Assembly (NCBI GenBank): GCA_035607445.1
Contig: DATMZM010000147.1
Coordinates: 1-50,411, forward strand
Direction: 5' to 3'
Length of the DNA stretch: 50,411 nt
Source of the DNA: Thermoanaerobaculia bacterium
Lineage (GTDB): Bacteria; Acidobacteriota; Thermoanaerobaculia; Multivoradales; UBA5704
Shown here: positions 29,392-39,246 of the stretch, in pieces
Position numbering within the stretch: the stretch's first letter is position 1
Layout: each line of letters opens with the position of its first letter
The notes under the pieces: generated by a model
The model's database searches: none
What the model saw: only the letters and a program-made list of their open reading frames with translations
Told to the model about the DNA's origin: nothing
Program-made: the position numbers and the translations under genes

Positions 29392-31069
29392 GCGTGCATC
29401 GGCCGGCGGGCGCCCCAGGTGGGCTCCGCCGCTCGCCGTCTTTCTTGCCCTGACCTGCTCCGTTCTCTGCGGTCTCTCCCGGATCGAGGCGCAGTCGGGA
29501 GGCAAGCCGAAGCCCGCGGCTCCGGCGGCCGCGAGCCCCTTCCGCGCGGAGCTCGAGCGGCGCTACGACGTGACCCCCCTGCGCGACGGGGTTCTCCTGA
29601 AGCCGCGCGAGGAACGCCTCGGAGTGCGCTCGGTCGAGGTGAGCGGAGATTCGATCGCGGTCAACGGCGAACGGGTCAGCGAGACCGTCCTCAAGGCCTG
29701 GCTCGGCTCGGACGCCGATCCTCTGCTGCGGCTCCTGGCCCTGCCGGTTCCCGAGCGCCGGGCCCTGTTCGGTTTCTCCGCTTCGGCGCTGCCTCCCGCG
29801 AAGCCAAAGGAAGCCGCCGCGGAGCCCGGGACCGCGGCGCCGAGCGGTGACGACGGCGAGGGCTCGGTGACCTCCGAGCTTCCGGAAGCGCCCGAAGCGC
29901 CGGAAGCCCCCGAGGCGCCGGCCGTGCCGGAACCGCCGGACGCCGCGAAGGTGCGGCTCGGCACCCTGGTCCGCTTCGCCGGCAGCGCGCACGTCGACGA
30001 GGACGAGGTCGCCGAGGAGGTCGTGGCGATCGGCGGTCCGGTCCGGATCGACGGGCAGGTCGAGCAGGAGGTCACCGCGATCGGCGGCTCGGTCACGGTC
30101 GACGGCCGGGTGGACGGAGACGTCGTCTCGGTCGGCGGCTCGGTCCATCTCGGGCCGAAGGCCGAGGTCGGCGGCGACGTGACGAGCGTCGGCGGATCCG
30201 TCGAGCGGCAGCACGGCGCGCGGGTGCACGGCACGATCAACGAGGCCGTCGGCATGGGCCGGGGCATCCACCTCCGCGGCGACCGCCGCGGGTTCGACTT
30301 CTGGCCCTGGTGGGGCAATCCCTTCGCCGGCGCGATCCGGCTCATGTGGTCGATCGTCTGCTTCGTCATCCTGGCCCTGTTCGTCGCGTTCGCGATCCTG
30401 GTCGCCCGCGATCCTCTGGCGCGGATGGAAGCGAAGCTGGCGGCCGACCCCTGGCAGTGCGGGCTCGCGGGGCTCCTCGGCGCGATCTCGATCTTCCCGG
30501 CGTTCCTGATCGCCGCCATCGTGCTCGCCATCTCGATCATCGGCATTCCGCTCCTGATCATCCTGCCGTTCGCGGGCCTGTTCCTCGTCCTCTCCGGCTT
30601 CCTGGGCTTCGCCGCGGTCGCGCTCCAGATCGGGCGGGCGATCGAGCGGCGGTTCGATCGCCACTTCGGAGGCAACGTGCCGACGGCCCTCGTCGGGCTG
30701 GGCGTCCTCGGCGTGCCCTGGTTCCTGGGCCTGCTGCTCGAGCTCGTCGGCGGCCCGCTGGGATGCCTGGCCGGCTTCACCCGTGCGCTCCTGATCGTCG
30801 CCGCCGTGCTCTTCGGTTTCGGCGCCGCGATCCTCACGCGCTTCGGTCTCGGGCCGCGCCGCCGGCGGACGGCCGGGGAGGCCCCGCCGGTCCCGCCCCC
30901 GAGCGAGCCGGCGCCCCTCGGGACGCCGCCGTTCGAGCCGCCCTTCGAGCCGGAGCCGGAAGCGCCCCGCCTCGCCGAGCTGCCGGAGGTCCCCCCGGCG
31001 CCGCCCGGCGACGCGACCGGTTCGACCGAAGAACCGACCGAGGAATCGGCCGAGGAGCCGCGTTCCTAG
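29378..31069 (+). CDS. polytopic membrane protein with bactofilin-like (polymer-forming cytoskeletal) repeats
   Basis: 563 aa. Signal/anchor sequence, PEAPEAPEAPEAP linker, at least four V.AIGG.V.VDG.V.GDV repeats, then 5-6 TM helices and a Pro/Glu-rich tail. GAGAGGAG RBS. Confidence 0.65.
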   Translation: MSIFERASAGGRPRWAPPLAVFLALTCSVLCGLSRIEAQSGGKPKPAAPAAASPFRAELERRYDVTPLRDGVLLKPREERLGVRSVEVSGDSIAVNGERVSETVLKAWLGSDADPLLRLLALPVPERRALFGFSASALPPAKPKEAAAEPGTAAPSGDDGEGSVTSELPEAPEAPEAPEAPAVPEPPDAAKVRLGTLVRFAGSAHVDEDEVAEEVVAIGGPVRIDGQVEQEVTAIGGSVTVDGRVDGDVVSVGGSVHLGPKAEVGGDVTSVGGSVERQHGARVHGTINEAVGMGRGIHLRGDRRGFDFWPWWGNPFAGAIRLMWSIVCFVILALFVAFAILVARDPLARMEAKLAADPWQCGLAGLLGAISIFPAFLIAAIVLAISIIGIPLLIILPFAGLFLVLSGFLGFAAVALQIGRAIERRFDRHFGGNVPTALVGLGVLGVPWFLGLLLELVGGPLGCLAGFTRALLIVAAVLFGFGAAILTRFGLGPRRRRTAGEAPPVPPPSEPAPLGTPPFEPPFEPEPEAPRLAELPEVPPAPPGDATGSTEEPTEESAEEPRS

Positions 31070-33270
31070 GACCTGGTCAACTCGCGCAGCCGCTCGGCCA
31101 AGCGGCTGAAGCGGGGCTCGCCGCGGCGGTTGTCGACCGCCGCGGCGAGCGCTCGCGGTTCGCCCACCAGCACCGCGAGCCGGCGGGCGCGGGTCAGCGC
31201 CGTGTAGAGCAGGTTCCTCTGGAGCAGCAGGTGGTGCTGGCTGTGCAGCGGCACGACGACGCACGGGTACTCGCTGCCCTGCGCCTTGTGGATCGTGCAG
31301 GCGTAGGCGAGCTGCAGCTCGTCGAGGGTCGCCGCGTCGTAGTCGACGCTCCGGCCCTCGAACGAGACCACCGCCCGGAACTCCTCTTCGTCGACCGACG
31401 CGACCCTGCCGAGGTCGCCGTTCCAGACCTCGAGGTCGTAGTTGTTGCGGATCTGCATCACCTTGTCGCCGACCCGCAGCTCCCGCCCGCCGCGGGCGAG
31501 GCTCGGCCCGGTCGGATTGAGCCGCGCGCGGAGCTGGGCGTTCAGGCTCTCCGTGCCGAGCGGGCCGCGGTTCATCGGCGAGAGCACCTGGATCTCGCTC
31601 GGATCGAGCCCGAAGCTCGCCGGGATCCGCTCCGCCACCAGATGCTCGACCGTGGCGAGGATCTCCGCCGGATCGCGCCTCTCGATGAAGAAGAAGTCGT
31701 TGTCGCCGCCCGCGGGCAGGGTCGCGAGCGGCATCAGGCCCCGGTTGACGCGGTGCGCGTTGACCACGATCGCGCTCCGCTCGGCCTGGCGGAAGATCTC
31801 GGTGAGCCGGACCACGTCGGCCGCCTCGGAACGGATCAGGTCCGAGAGCACGCGCCCGGGACCGACGGAGGGCAGCTGATCGACGTCGCCGACCAGGATC
31901 AGGCGGCCGCGGTCGGGAATCGCGCGCACCAGGCTCCAGGCGAGCTGCGCGTCGATCATCGACGCCTCGTCGACGATCGTCACCTCCGCCTCGAGCGGCC
32001 GGTCGTCGCCGCGCTGGAAGGAGCGGCTGCGCGGCTCGAACTCGAGCAAGCGGTGGAGCGTCGAGGCCTCCATGCCGGTCGCCTCCGAGAGCCTCTTCGC
32101 GGCCCGGCCGGTCGGCGCCGCGAGGGCCACGCGCCGCCCCTTCTTGGTCAGCACGCGCACGAGCCCGCGGACGAGCGTCGTCTTGCCGGTGCCCGGGCCT
32201 CCGGTGATGACGAGAACCCGGCTCGATAGACCGCGCCGGATCGCCTCCCTCTGCTGGCTCGCGAGCTCGATCCCCTCGCGCTCGGCGAGCCAGGCGAGGG
32301 CGCGGTCGGCGTCGATGTCGAGCGAGGCGGCCGGAACGGCGAGGAGAGCCCGCAGGCGCGCCGCGAGCCCCGCCTCCGCCGCATGGAGCGCCGCCGTATA
32401 GACGGCGGGCTCGCCGCCGGGCTCGGTCTCGATCACCGCGCGGCCGTCCGCCGCGAGCGCCTGGAGCGCCTGGCCGAGGCTCTCGCGCGGCGGGCCGCCG
32501 AGAAGCGTCGCGGCCTCTTCGAGCAGGCGCCCTCTAGGCAGGAACAGATGCCCGCGGTCGGAGGCCTCCGAGAGGGCGTAGAGGAGACCGGCCTCGAGCC
32601 GGCGCGGGGCGTCGGGAGGCGAGCCGAGCGCGGCGGCGATCCGGTCGGCGGTCCGAAAACCGATGCCGAAGACGTCGGAGGCGAGGCGGAAGGGGTCTTC
32701 GCGCACGGTCGAGAGAGCGTCGCCGCCGTAGCGCTTGTAGATCTTGATCGCGTGGCCGGTCTGGACGCCGTGCGACTGGAGGAACACCATCAGCTCCCGC
32801 ATGCCGCGCTGCTCGTCCCAGGCGCGGCGGATCTCGGCGCTCCTCTTGCGACCGATTCCGGACACCTCCGCGAGCCGCTCGGGAGCGCGCTCGATGACCT
32901 CGAGCGTCTCGAGCCCGAAGCGGGCGACCATGCGCTTGGCCATCTCGGCTCCGACGCCCCGGATCAACCCCGAGCCGAGATAACGCTCGATGCCGGTCAG
33001 GGTCGACGGCGCCAGGGTCTGGTACGAGCGGGCCTGGAACTGGCGGCCGTGCTTCGGATCGTGGACGAGGCGCCCTTCGAGCCGGAGCGTCTCCCCGGCC
33101 TGGACCCCGGCGAGGGCACCGACGACGGTCGTCGGCTCGCGCTGGCCCGCGACGGCGAGCCGGAGCACCGTGAAGCCGTTCTCGGCGTTGTGGAAGACGA
33201 TCCGCTCGACGGCACCCTGGAGCGTCTCGAGTCGCTCGCCGGCTTCTGGAGGGCCGAAGGGAAGGGTCAT
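31066..33270 (-). CDS. recD2: ATP-dependent RecD-like DNA helicase (RecD2 / SF1B)
   Basis: 734 aa from the ATG at 33270. Helix-hairpin-helix region, Walker A ITGGPGTGKTT, ILVGDVDQLPSVGPG, and C-terminal TIHKAQGSEY. The upstream part of the track ORF is antisense to the next gene. Confidence 0.88.
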   Translation of the reverse strand: MTLPFGPPEAGERLETLQGAVERIVFHNAENGFTVLRLAVAGQREPTTVVGALAGVQAGETLRLEGRLVHDPKHGRQFQARSYQTLAPSTLTGIERYLGSGLIRGVGAEMAKRMVARFGLETLEVIERAPERLAEVSGIGRKRSAEIRRAWDEQRGMRELMVFLQSHGVQTGHAIKIYKRYGGDALSTVREDPFRLASDVFGIGFRTADRIAAALGSPPDAPRRLEAGLLYALSEASDRGHLFLPRGRLLEEAATLLGGPPRESLGQALQALAADGRAVIETEPGGEPAVYTAALHAAEAGLAARLRALLAVPAASLDIDADRALAWLAEREGIELASQQREAIRRGLSSRVLVITGGPGTGKTTLVRGLVRVLTKKGRRVALAAPTGRAAKRLSEATGMEASTLHRLLEFEPRSRSFQRGDDRPLEAEVTIVDEASMIDAQLAWSLVRAIPDRGRLILVGDVDQLPSVGPGRVLSDLIRSEAADVVRLTEIFRQAERSAIVVNAHRVNRGLMPLATLPAGGDNDFFFIERRDPAEILATVEHLVAERIPASFGLDPSEIQVLSPMNRGPLGTESLNAQLRARLNPTGPSLARGGRELRVGDKVMQIRNNYDLEVWNGDLGRVASVDEEEFRAVVSFEGRSVDYDAATLDELQLAYACTIHKAQGSEYPCVVVPLHSQHHLLLQRNLLYTALTRARRLAVLVGEPRALAAAVDNRRGEPRFSRLAERLRELTRS

Positions 33271-33321
33271 TTTCGCTCCCGAGTCTAATCGAGGGTCGAG
33301 TCCGGGCAGGATCGTGCCAAA

Positions 33322-34743
<1,422 letters not shown>

Positions 34744-34760
34744 GGCACCGAGGAGAAGAG

Positions 34761-34973
34761 ATGGAGCTGCCGGCCGAGGTGTTCATCCACAACGAGCTGC
34801 TGGGCCTCAAGGGGCACGTCGGCACCCTGGTCCGCGTCGCGGACGGCTACTACGAGGTCAACTGCACCTTCGGGGAGAAGCTGCACCGCACCTTCCTGCC
34901 GATCGAGAGCACGGTGCTGATCTCCCGCGAGCCGGAGGAATCGTCGCGCCTCGAGCCGGAGGTGGAGCGCTAG
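34761..34973 (+). CDS. small hypothetical protein (70 aa)
   Basis: GAGGAGAAGAG directly upstream of the ATG. Packed tightly between the EBP gene and pdxJ. No motif recognised. Confidence 0.45.
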   Translation: MELPAEVFIHNELLGLKGHVGTLVRVADGYYEVNCTFGEKLHRTFLPIESTVLISREPEESSRLEPEVER

Positions 34974-34975
34974 CC

Positions 34976-35719
34976 ATGGCGGCCCACCCGGTCCGCCTCT
35001 CGGTCAACGTCGACCACGTGGCGACGCTCCGTCAGGCGCGGCGGGCGGCCTACCCCGATCCCGTGGACGCGGCGCGCCTCGCCGAGGCGGCGGGCGCCGC
35101 GGGCATCACGGTCCACCTGCGCGCCGACCGGCGCCATATCCAGGACGCGGACGTTACGCGCCTGCGCGGAAGCGTCCGCGGCAAGCTGAACCTCGAGATG
35201 GCGGCCGAGTCCGAGATGCTCGCGATCGCCCTCGAGATCAAGCCGGACCAGGTCACCCTCGTGCCCGAGAATCCGGACGAGGTGACGACCGAAGGGGGCC
35301 TCGATCTCCGCCTCCACGGCGCCCGCGTCCGCGAGGCCGCCCTGCGCCTCGCCGCCGCCGGGATCGCGGTCTCGATCTTCCTCGATCCCGATCCGGCGCA
35401 GATCGAGCCGCTCGCCGCGCTCAAGTCCGCCGGAGTCTCGGGCTTCGAGATCAACACCGACGCCTACACGAAAGCGCCCGCAGGCCCCGCCCGGGAAGCC
35501 GAGAGGGAGCGAGCCGCCCGCTCGGGAGCCCTCGGCCGAGCCGCCGGCCTCCACCTCTACGCCGGCCACGGCCTGACGGTTGAAAACGTCGGACCGATCG
35601 CCGCCCTCCCCGGCATGGAAGAGCTGAACATCGGCCACGCCCTGGTCTCGCGCGCTGTGTTGGTCGGAATGGAGGCGGCGGTCGCGGAGATGCTTGCGGC
35701 GATGGTCCGGGGGAAGTGA
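34976..35719 (+). CDS. pdxJ: pyridoxine 5'-phosphate synthase
   Basis: LSVNVDHVATLRQAR, ITVHLR.DRRHI, EIKP..VTLVPE, and LNIGHA. Confidence 0.92.
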   Translation: MAAHPVRLSVNVDHVATLRQARRAAYPDPVDAARLAEAAGAAGITVHLRADRRHIQDADVTRLRGSVRGKLNLEMAAESEMLAIALEIKPDQVTLVPENPDEVTTEGGLDLRLHGARVREAALRLAAAGIAVSIFLDPDPAQIEPLAALKSAGVSGFEINTDAYTKAPAGPAREAERERAARSGALGRAAGLHLYAGHGLTVENVGPIAALPGMEELNIGHALVSRAVLVGMEAAVAEMLAAMVRGK

Positions 35720-35730
35720 GGCGACCCGGC

Positions 35731-35898
35731 ATGAAACAGACCTCTTCCTCCAAGGCTTCGAAAACCGACTGGAACCGTGTGCGCGCCCTCTCGGACGAGG
35801 AGATCTCGCGGACCGCCGAGCATCCGGAAGCCTCGACCGAGCACATCGTTCGTGGGATCGTCCGGCTTGCACTTGGGCCGCCGAAGCGATCGATCTGA
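35731..35898 (+). CDS. BrnA antitoxin-like protein, apparently C-terminally truncated
   Basis: MKQTSSSKASKTDWNRVRALSDEEISRTAEHPEA resembles the N-terminal TDW.R...M.DE.I...A..D.DA half of BrnA-type proteins. The ribbon-helix-helix half is missing. The ORF stops exactly where the GC content drops. Confidence 0.35.
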   Translation: MKQTSSSKASKTDWNRVRALSDEEISRTAEHPEASTEHIVRGIVRLALGPPKRSI

Positions 35899-35899
35899 C

Positions 35900-36269
35900 A
35901 AGGGCTGGGCGCAGATGTCCTGAACTGGTTCAAGGTACAAGATAGCAGTGCATCAAGTGCGGGCTGGCAGTCCCTCACTGCATCGGATAACCTGTAGATC
36001 TCTCCCCTTTCTATTCCAGGCTTGAGCAACTAGAGCCATCGCGATAGCGTCGAGGAAGTTATCAGTCCGAATGTGACCGAGGCCGAAGCGTCGACGACGA
36101 TTCGATCAGCCCCGAGAACGAGAGGAGAAGTGGCGACCTGCTCAACGGGCAGACACCCGAGACCAAGGATACGGGCGGAATTAGCGCCGAGTTGGCAATA
36201 GGCCCAGCCTTTTTTCGAATCCACCCAGTCCAGGCCCAGAAGCGCGGGCTCTGCCCGACCTGTCTTCAA
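35900..36269 (-). pseudogene. degraded gene remnant, possibly the target-recognition/C-terminal part of a DNA methyltransferase-type restriction-modification enzyme
   Basis: The minus frame reads ...RIVVDASASVTFGLITSSTLSRWL*LLKPGIERGEIYRLSDAVRDC..., with an in-frame TAG at 36030-36032 and no credible N-terminus (TTG only). FGLITSS.L..WL.....G.....YR faintly resembles TaqI_C/MmeI-type TRD segments. The lower boundary is uncertain. Confidence 0.25.
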
Positions 36270-36362
36270 TCGATGCTCCTATCCCATCTCGCTATTGGCA
36301 ACCTGAGCCGGGAGAAAGATTCTCTCCCTTGCAAAGTCGCATATCTCGCCGCAGCAATTTTC

Positions 36363-36391
36363 TTGACATATCGGTCGTCCTGAAACAATAT
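36363..36391 (+). promoter_or_regulatory. promoter candidate for the 36444-38091 cassette
   Basis: TTGACA (36363-36368), 17-nt spacer, CAATAT (36386-36391), in an AT-rich patch about 55 nt upstream of the ATG. Confidence 0.3.
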
Positions 36392-36443
36392 CAAAACCTC
36401 TTGTAGCACCCAGCGCCAAAAACTACGGAGGAGAAGCATTTCG

Positions 36444-37106
36444 ATGGATTTCTCTTTCACCGTCCCCACGCTGGAGCTAGGCGTAGAGCGCTCCGGAATG
36501 GAGCGTCTCGCCCAGGCCGTCCGGACACTCCCCGATCAGGGTTATGCCCTTCTGCGCTCGGCCGGATCGGAATACCGCGCGGTCTCGAAGCCGGAGCTCG
36601 GGGAGCTCGTCGTTAAGATGTCCTCTCCTGCCGACAGACTGAGCTTCATCGATGCCGATCCGATCTGCCTGGTCGCACAACAGGACGAGATCGAAGAGAG
36701 GTTCCTCAGACTCGTGCCGCCGCGCGGCAGGGTCATCGCGGTCCGCCCCTCGGGCCTTGCGGTTGCTCACGAGGCGCGACTGGAGCTCGCCCACGAAGTG
36801 GCACTCGCGTCAAGCCTCGCCGGCTTCGAGGTCGTGCCGATGACCGTGAGCGACGTGGGCTTGTCCCAACCAACTGGCGTATCGCTCCCCACTCTTGACC
36901 TTGTGCTTTGTCCCCTCCTGCCGCCGACCGGTCGCCCACCCGGCCAGCCCTTCCTTGAGCGGGGCCATAGGTTCGTGCACTACTTCGGGTTCTCGGTCTG
37001 CTCGCGCGACGGTGCGGAATGTAGACACGAGGGTCACCATAGGATCCCCGTTCCCAACAACCCACTGCGCACTCAGTGCGGGCGCTGTGGCAGCAGACGG
37101 CTCTAA
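36444..37106 (+). CDS. hypothetical soluble protein with C-terminal Cys/His cluster (cassette gene A)
   Basis: 220 aa. GGAGGAG RBS 9 nt upstream. The C-terminus reads C-x6-C-RHEGHH...C-x2-C (zinc-ribbon-like). No family recognised. Confidence 0.6.
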   Translation: MDFSFTVPTLELGVERSGMERLAQAVRTLPDQGYALLRSAGSEYRAVSKPELGELVVKMSSPADRLSFIDADPICLVAQQDEIEERFLRLVPPRGRVIAVRPSGLAVAHEARLELAHEVALASSLAGFEVVPMTVSDVGLSQPTGVSLPTLDLVLCPLLPPTGRPPGQPFLERGHRFVHYFGFSVCSRDGAECRHEGHHRIPVPNNPLRTQCGRCGSRRL

Positions 37107-37107
37107 C

Positions 37108-38091
37108 ATGCTCGCGAGTTTCACTTCGCTCTTCCAGGAGGTCGGAGGGCGCTTCTTCCTCGGCGCGATGCCGCCCGCCTTCCTTCTGGTCGTCGGCGAG
37201 ACGGTCCTTGGCAAGTTGCTGGTCGACCCGGGGGCCGAGCTAGGCACCTTCCTACCTCTGCTCGGAAGCCTCCTGGGCCTGCCCGTCTTCTGGACCGCCG
37301 TCGTATTGACCGCCCTGGGCTGGCTGCTCGCCAACCGGTTGCTCGTTCAGATCTGGGAGGGTTACTGCTGGCTTCCACTGAAACCACTCGCGCGTAGGCT
37401 CCAATCAGTTTGGCGGCGTCTGCGGCACCGGCCCGCACCGGTCCCTTGGCAGGTGCGCGCCGAAGAACTGGCTGGCGACCTCCTCCGTCTCCTCCAAGAG
37501 CGGAGCGACGCTTCGGGTGCGGAAGAGAAGGACACCTTCCCGCTGCGTTTGGCGCTCGCCCGTGCATGGAATGGGGATGGTCTCGAGCCGCCATTCGTCC
37601 CAACCCTGCCCACTGCCCTCGGCCGAATCCTTCAGGCGATGGAAGCGGGTCCCAACGCACGCTACCGCATCGACGCCATCCAGGCCTGGAGCCGGATGCT
37701 GCTCGTTGTCCCAGCGCCCCTCGTCGACCAGTATCGCCTGAGCAAAACGTGGCTCGACTTGGCCTTACACTTGGCCTCGGCACTGGTCCTACTCGCCGTG
37801 AGCACGGCTCTGCTGCTGCACCCGGCGAGCGCCGTGGGATGGGGCGTGGTCGCCGTGTTGCTGCTCGCCGGTTATCTTTTCTACCGCCTGTCGCTTCCCT
37901 TCGCCGCCGGGATGCGTTTGGCCTTCGAGGCCGCTTTCGACCTCTACCGTGGCGACCTGCTGAAGACATGGGGCCTCCGCCAGCCGCTTTCACTGCGCGA
38001 GGAGCAGGCCCTCTGGTGGATGCTCCAGCAGTACCAGCGCTGGGGAAGCCCCTACCTCTTCCCCGAAGAGTACCGCCTCCGCCAAACATGA
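37108..38091 (+). CDS. hypothetical polytopic membrane protein (cassette gene B)
   Basis: 327 aa. The ATG lies 1 nt after the gene A stop codon. There are 2-3 N-terminal and 2 C-terminal hydrophobic helices around a roughly 140-aa hydrophilic domain (..LPTALGRILQAMEAGPNARYRIDAIQAWSRM..). No family recognised. Confidence 0.6.
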   Translation: MLASFTSLFQEVGGRFFLGAMPPAFLLVVGETVLGKLLVDPGAELGTFLPLLGSLLGLPVFWTAVVLTALGWLLANRLLVQIWEGYCWLPLKPLARRLQSVWRRLRHRPAPVPWQVRAEELAGDLLRLLQERSDASGAEEKDTFPLRLALARAWNGDGLEPPFVPTLPTALGRILQAMEAGPNARYRIDAIQAWSRMLLVVPAPLVDQYRLSKTWLDLALHLASALVLLAVSTALLLHPASAVGWGVVAVLLLAGYLFYRLSLPFAAGMRLAFEAAFDLYRGDLLKTWGLRQPLSLREEQALWWMLQQYQRWGSPYLFPEEYRLRQT

Positions 38092-38161
38092 GAGGAGAGC
38101 CGCGTCGCGGCGTTTCGCTCCCGACCAATGAGACAGCGCTAATAAGTTGTGGAGGCGGCGC

Positions 38162-38596
38162 ATGAAGAGCGTGGTCGAACTAGATGTCCACCTGCAGCAG
38201 GCAAGGCTGGCGGAGCTCTTTACCGACCCCAGGAACAATCCGAAATGGATGGACGACGTCGAGAGGATCGAGCCCATCAGCGGAGAGCTGGGGGAGCCGG
38301 GCTCGGTCTACCGGCTCGTGCCGAAGAGCGGCAAGCTGGTCTTCGTCGCAACCGTGCTCACCCGAAAGCTGCCGACCGAGGCGACGTTGTCGCTCGATGC
38401 CCCGAGCGTCTCCGTCTCCGTGGCGGCCAAGTTCCTCAAGTTGTCCGAGCAAAGCACCAAGCTCATCTCCGAGGAGACGTTCCGCTTCAAGGGAGCGTTC
38501 AACAGAATCTTCGGCTTCTTCGCGCGAGGCTCGATCCAGAGCGCCCATCGCCGGCACATGGAATCCTTCAAGCGCTTCGCCGAAAGCCAAGGGTAG
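38162..38596 (+). CDS. SRPBCC (START/polyketide cyclase-like) family protein
   Basis: 144 aa. Size and pattern (..F.D..N...WM........P.SG..GEPGS.Y.L....) fit SRPBCC ligand-binding proteins. GGAGG 6 nt upstream of the ATG at 38162. Confidence 0.55.
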   Translation: MKSVVELDVHLQQARLAELFTDPRNNPKWMDDVERIEPISGELGEPGSVYRLVPKSGKLVFVATVLTRKLPTEATLSLDAPSVSVSVAAKFLKLSEQSTKLISEETFRFKGAFNRIFGFFARGSIQSAHRRHMESFKRFAESQG

Positions 38597-38612
38597 AGGG
38601 CGGAGGACCGAG

Positions 38613-38634
38613 GCGGCTATTTATGCTGCGACGC
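38613..38634 (+). repeat. solo copy of the 22-bp motif GCGGCTATTTATGCNGCGANGC
   Basis: 20/22 identical to 39466-39487. Overlaps the last codons and the stop of the GNAT gene. Confidence 0.7.
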
Positions 38635-39156
38635 AGATGCTCCTGAGTCGAAGGAGAAGACATGCCATCGCTTGCCGAGGGTCTCGACATGCTTCTCCTC
38701 CGCCCGTCCGCCGGTGAATCGCGCGACGGCGGCTCGCCAGAACGCGCTCGCCGGCTCGTTGCTCGCCATCACTCGCACTTCCCACACCCCCGGGAAGCGC
38801 CGCCAGATGTCCCGGGCGACGGCCGCTCCGATGCCGCGCTTGCGGTAGCCGCGGGCGATGAAGAACTCCGCCATGTCCCAGACGTCCGGATCTCCGCCGA
38901 TGCGCGAGCCCCGCGCGACGAGCGCGAACCCGGCGAGGTGCCCGTCGACCGTCACGAGGAACGGGAAGCGGCCCTCCTCCTGCCAGTAGAGCGAAAGCCA
39001 CGGGTAGCCGAACCGCCCATCCGCCTCAAGCTCCAGGTCCATGTACTCGCTGAAGTCGTGCGAATAAAGCTCCAGCAGGTTCGCCAGCACCGGCTCCTGC
39101 TCCGGTGTGGCGAGGCGCACCTCGACGCGCGGCGGAGGTGTGTCTTCAGAGTGCAT
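38617..39156 (-). CDS. GNAT family N-acetyltransferase
   Basis: 179 aa. LLELY.HDFSE, then the acetyl-CoA site context F.IAR.YRKRGIG..VA. Confidence 0.8.
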   Translation of the reverse strand: MHSEDTPPPRVEVRLATPEQEPVLANLLELYSHDFSEYMDLELEADGRFGYPWLSLYWQEEGRFPFLVTVDGHLAGFALVARGSRIGGDPDVWDMAEFFIARGYRKRGIGAAVARDIWRRFPGVWEVRVMASNEPASAFWRAAVARFTGGRAEEKHVETLGKRWHVFSFDSGASASQHK

Positions 39157-39205
39157 TCATCTCCAGCGCAGCGCTCCTTGGGCGGCGAGAGAACGCTGAA
39201 AGGCA

Positions 39206-39246
39206 GCCGCAACGCGGCGTAAATAGCCGCTTCGCGGCGCAGGAAG
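39206..39246. repeat. left 41-bp inverted arm of the foldback-like element
   Basis: GCCGCAACGCGGCGTAAATAGCCGCTTCGCGGCGCAGGAAG. The reverse complement of 39450-39490 matches it at 38/41 positions. Confidence 0.85.

Noticed and set aside
29882-29917. Four 9-bp repeats (PEAPEAPEAPEA) as a phase-variation tract
   Set aside because: The repeat unit is in frame, so slippage would only change linker length. The copies are imperfect at DNA level. More likely a flexible Pro/Glu/Ala linker.
34744-34975. Search for a sigma-54 promoter (TGGCAC-N5-TTGC) near the enhancer-binding protein and elsewhere
   Set aside because: The TGGCA-containing sites I found by eye (e.g. near 28869, 15273, 36296) lack a correctly spaced GC element. 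No call made.
36895-37107. Upstream extension of cassette gene B (track ORF starts at 36895)
   Set aside because: It overlaps the 3' third of gene A in another frame. The ATG at 37108, 1 nt after the gene A stop, gives a hydrophobic N-terminus and classic coupling.
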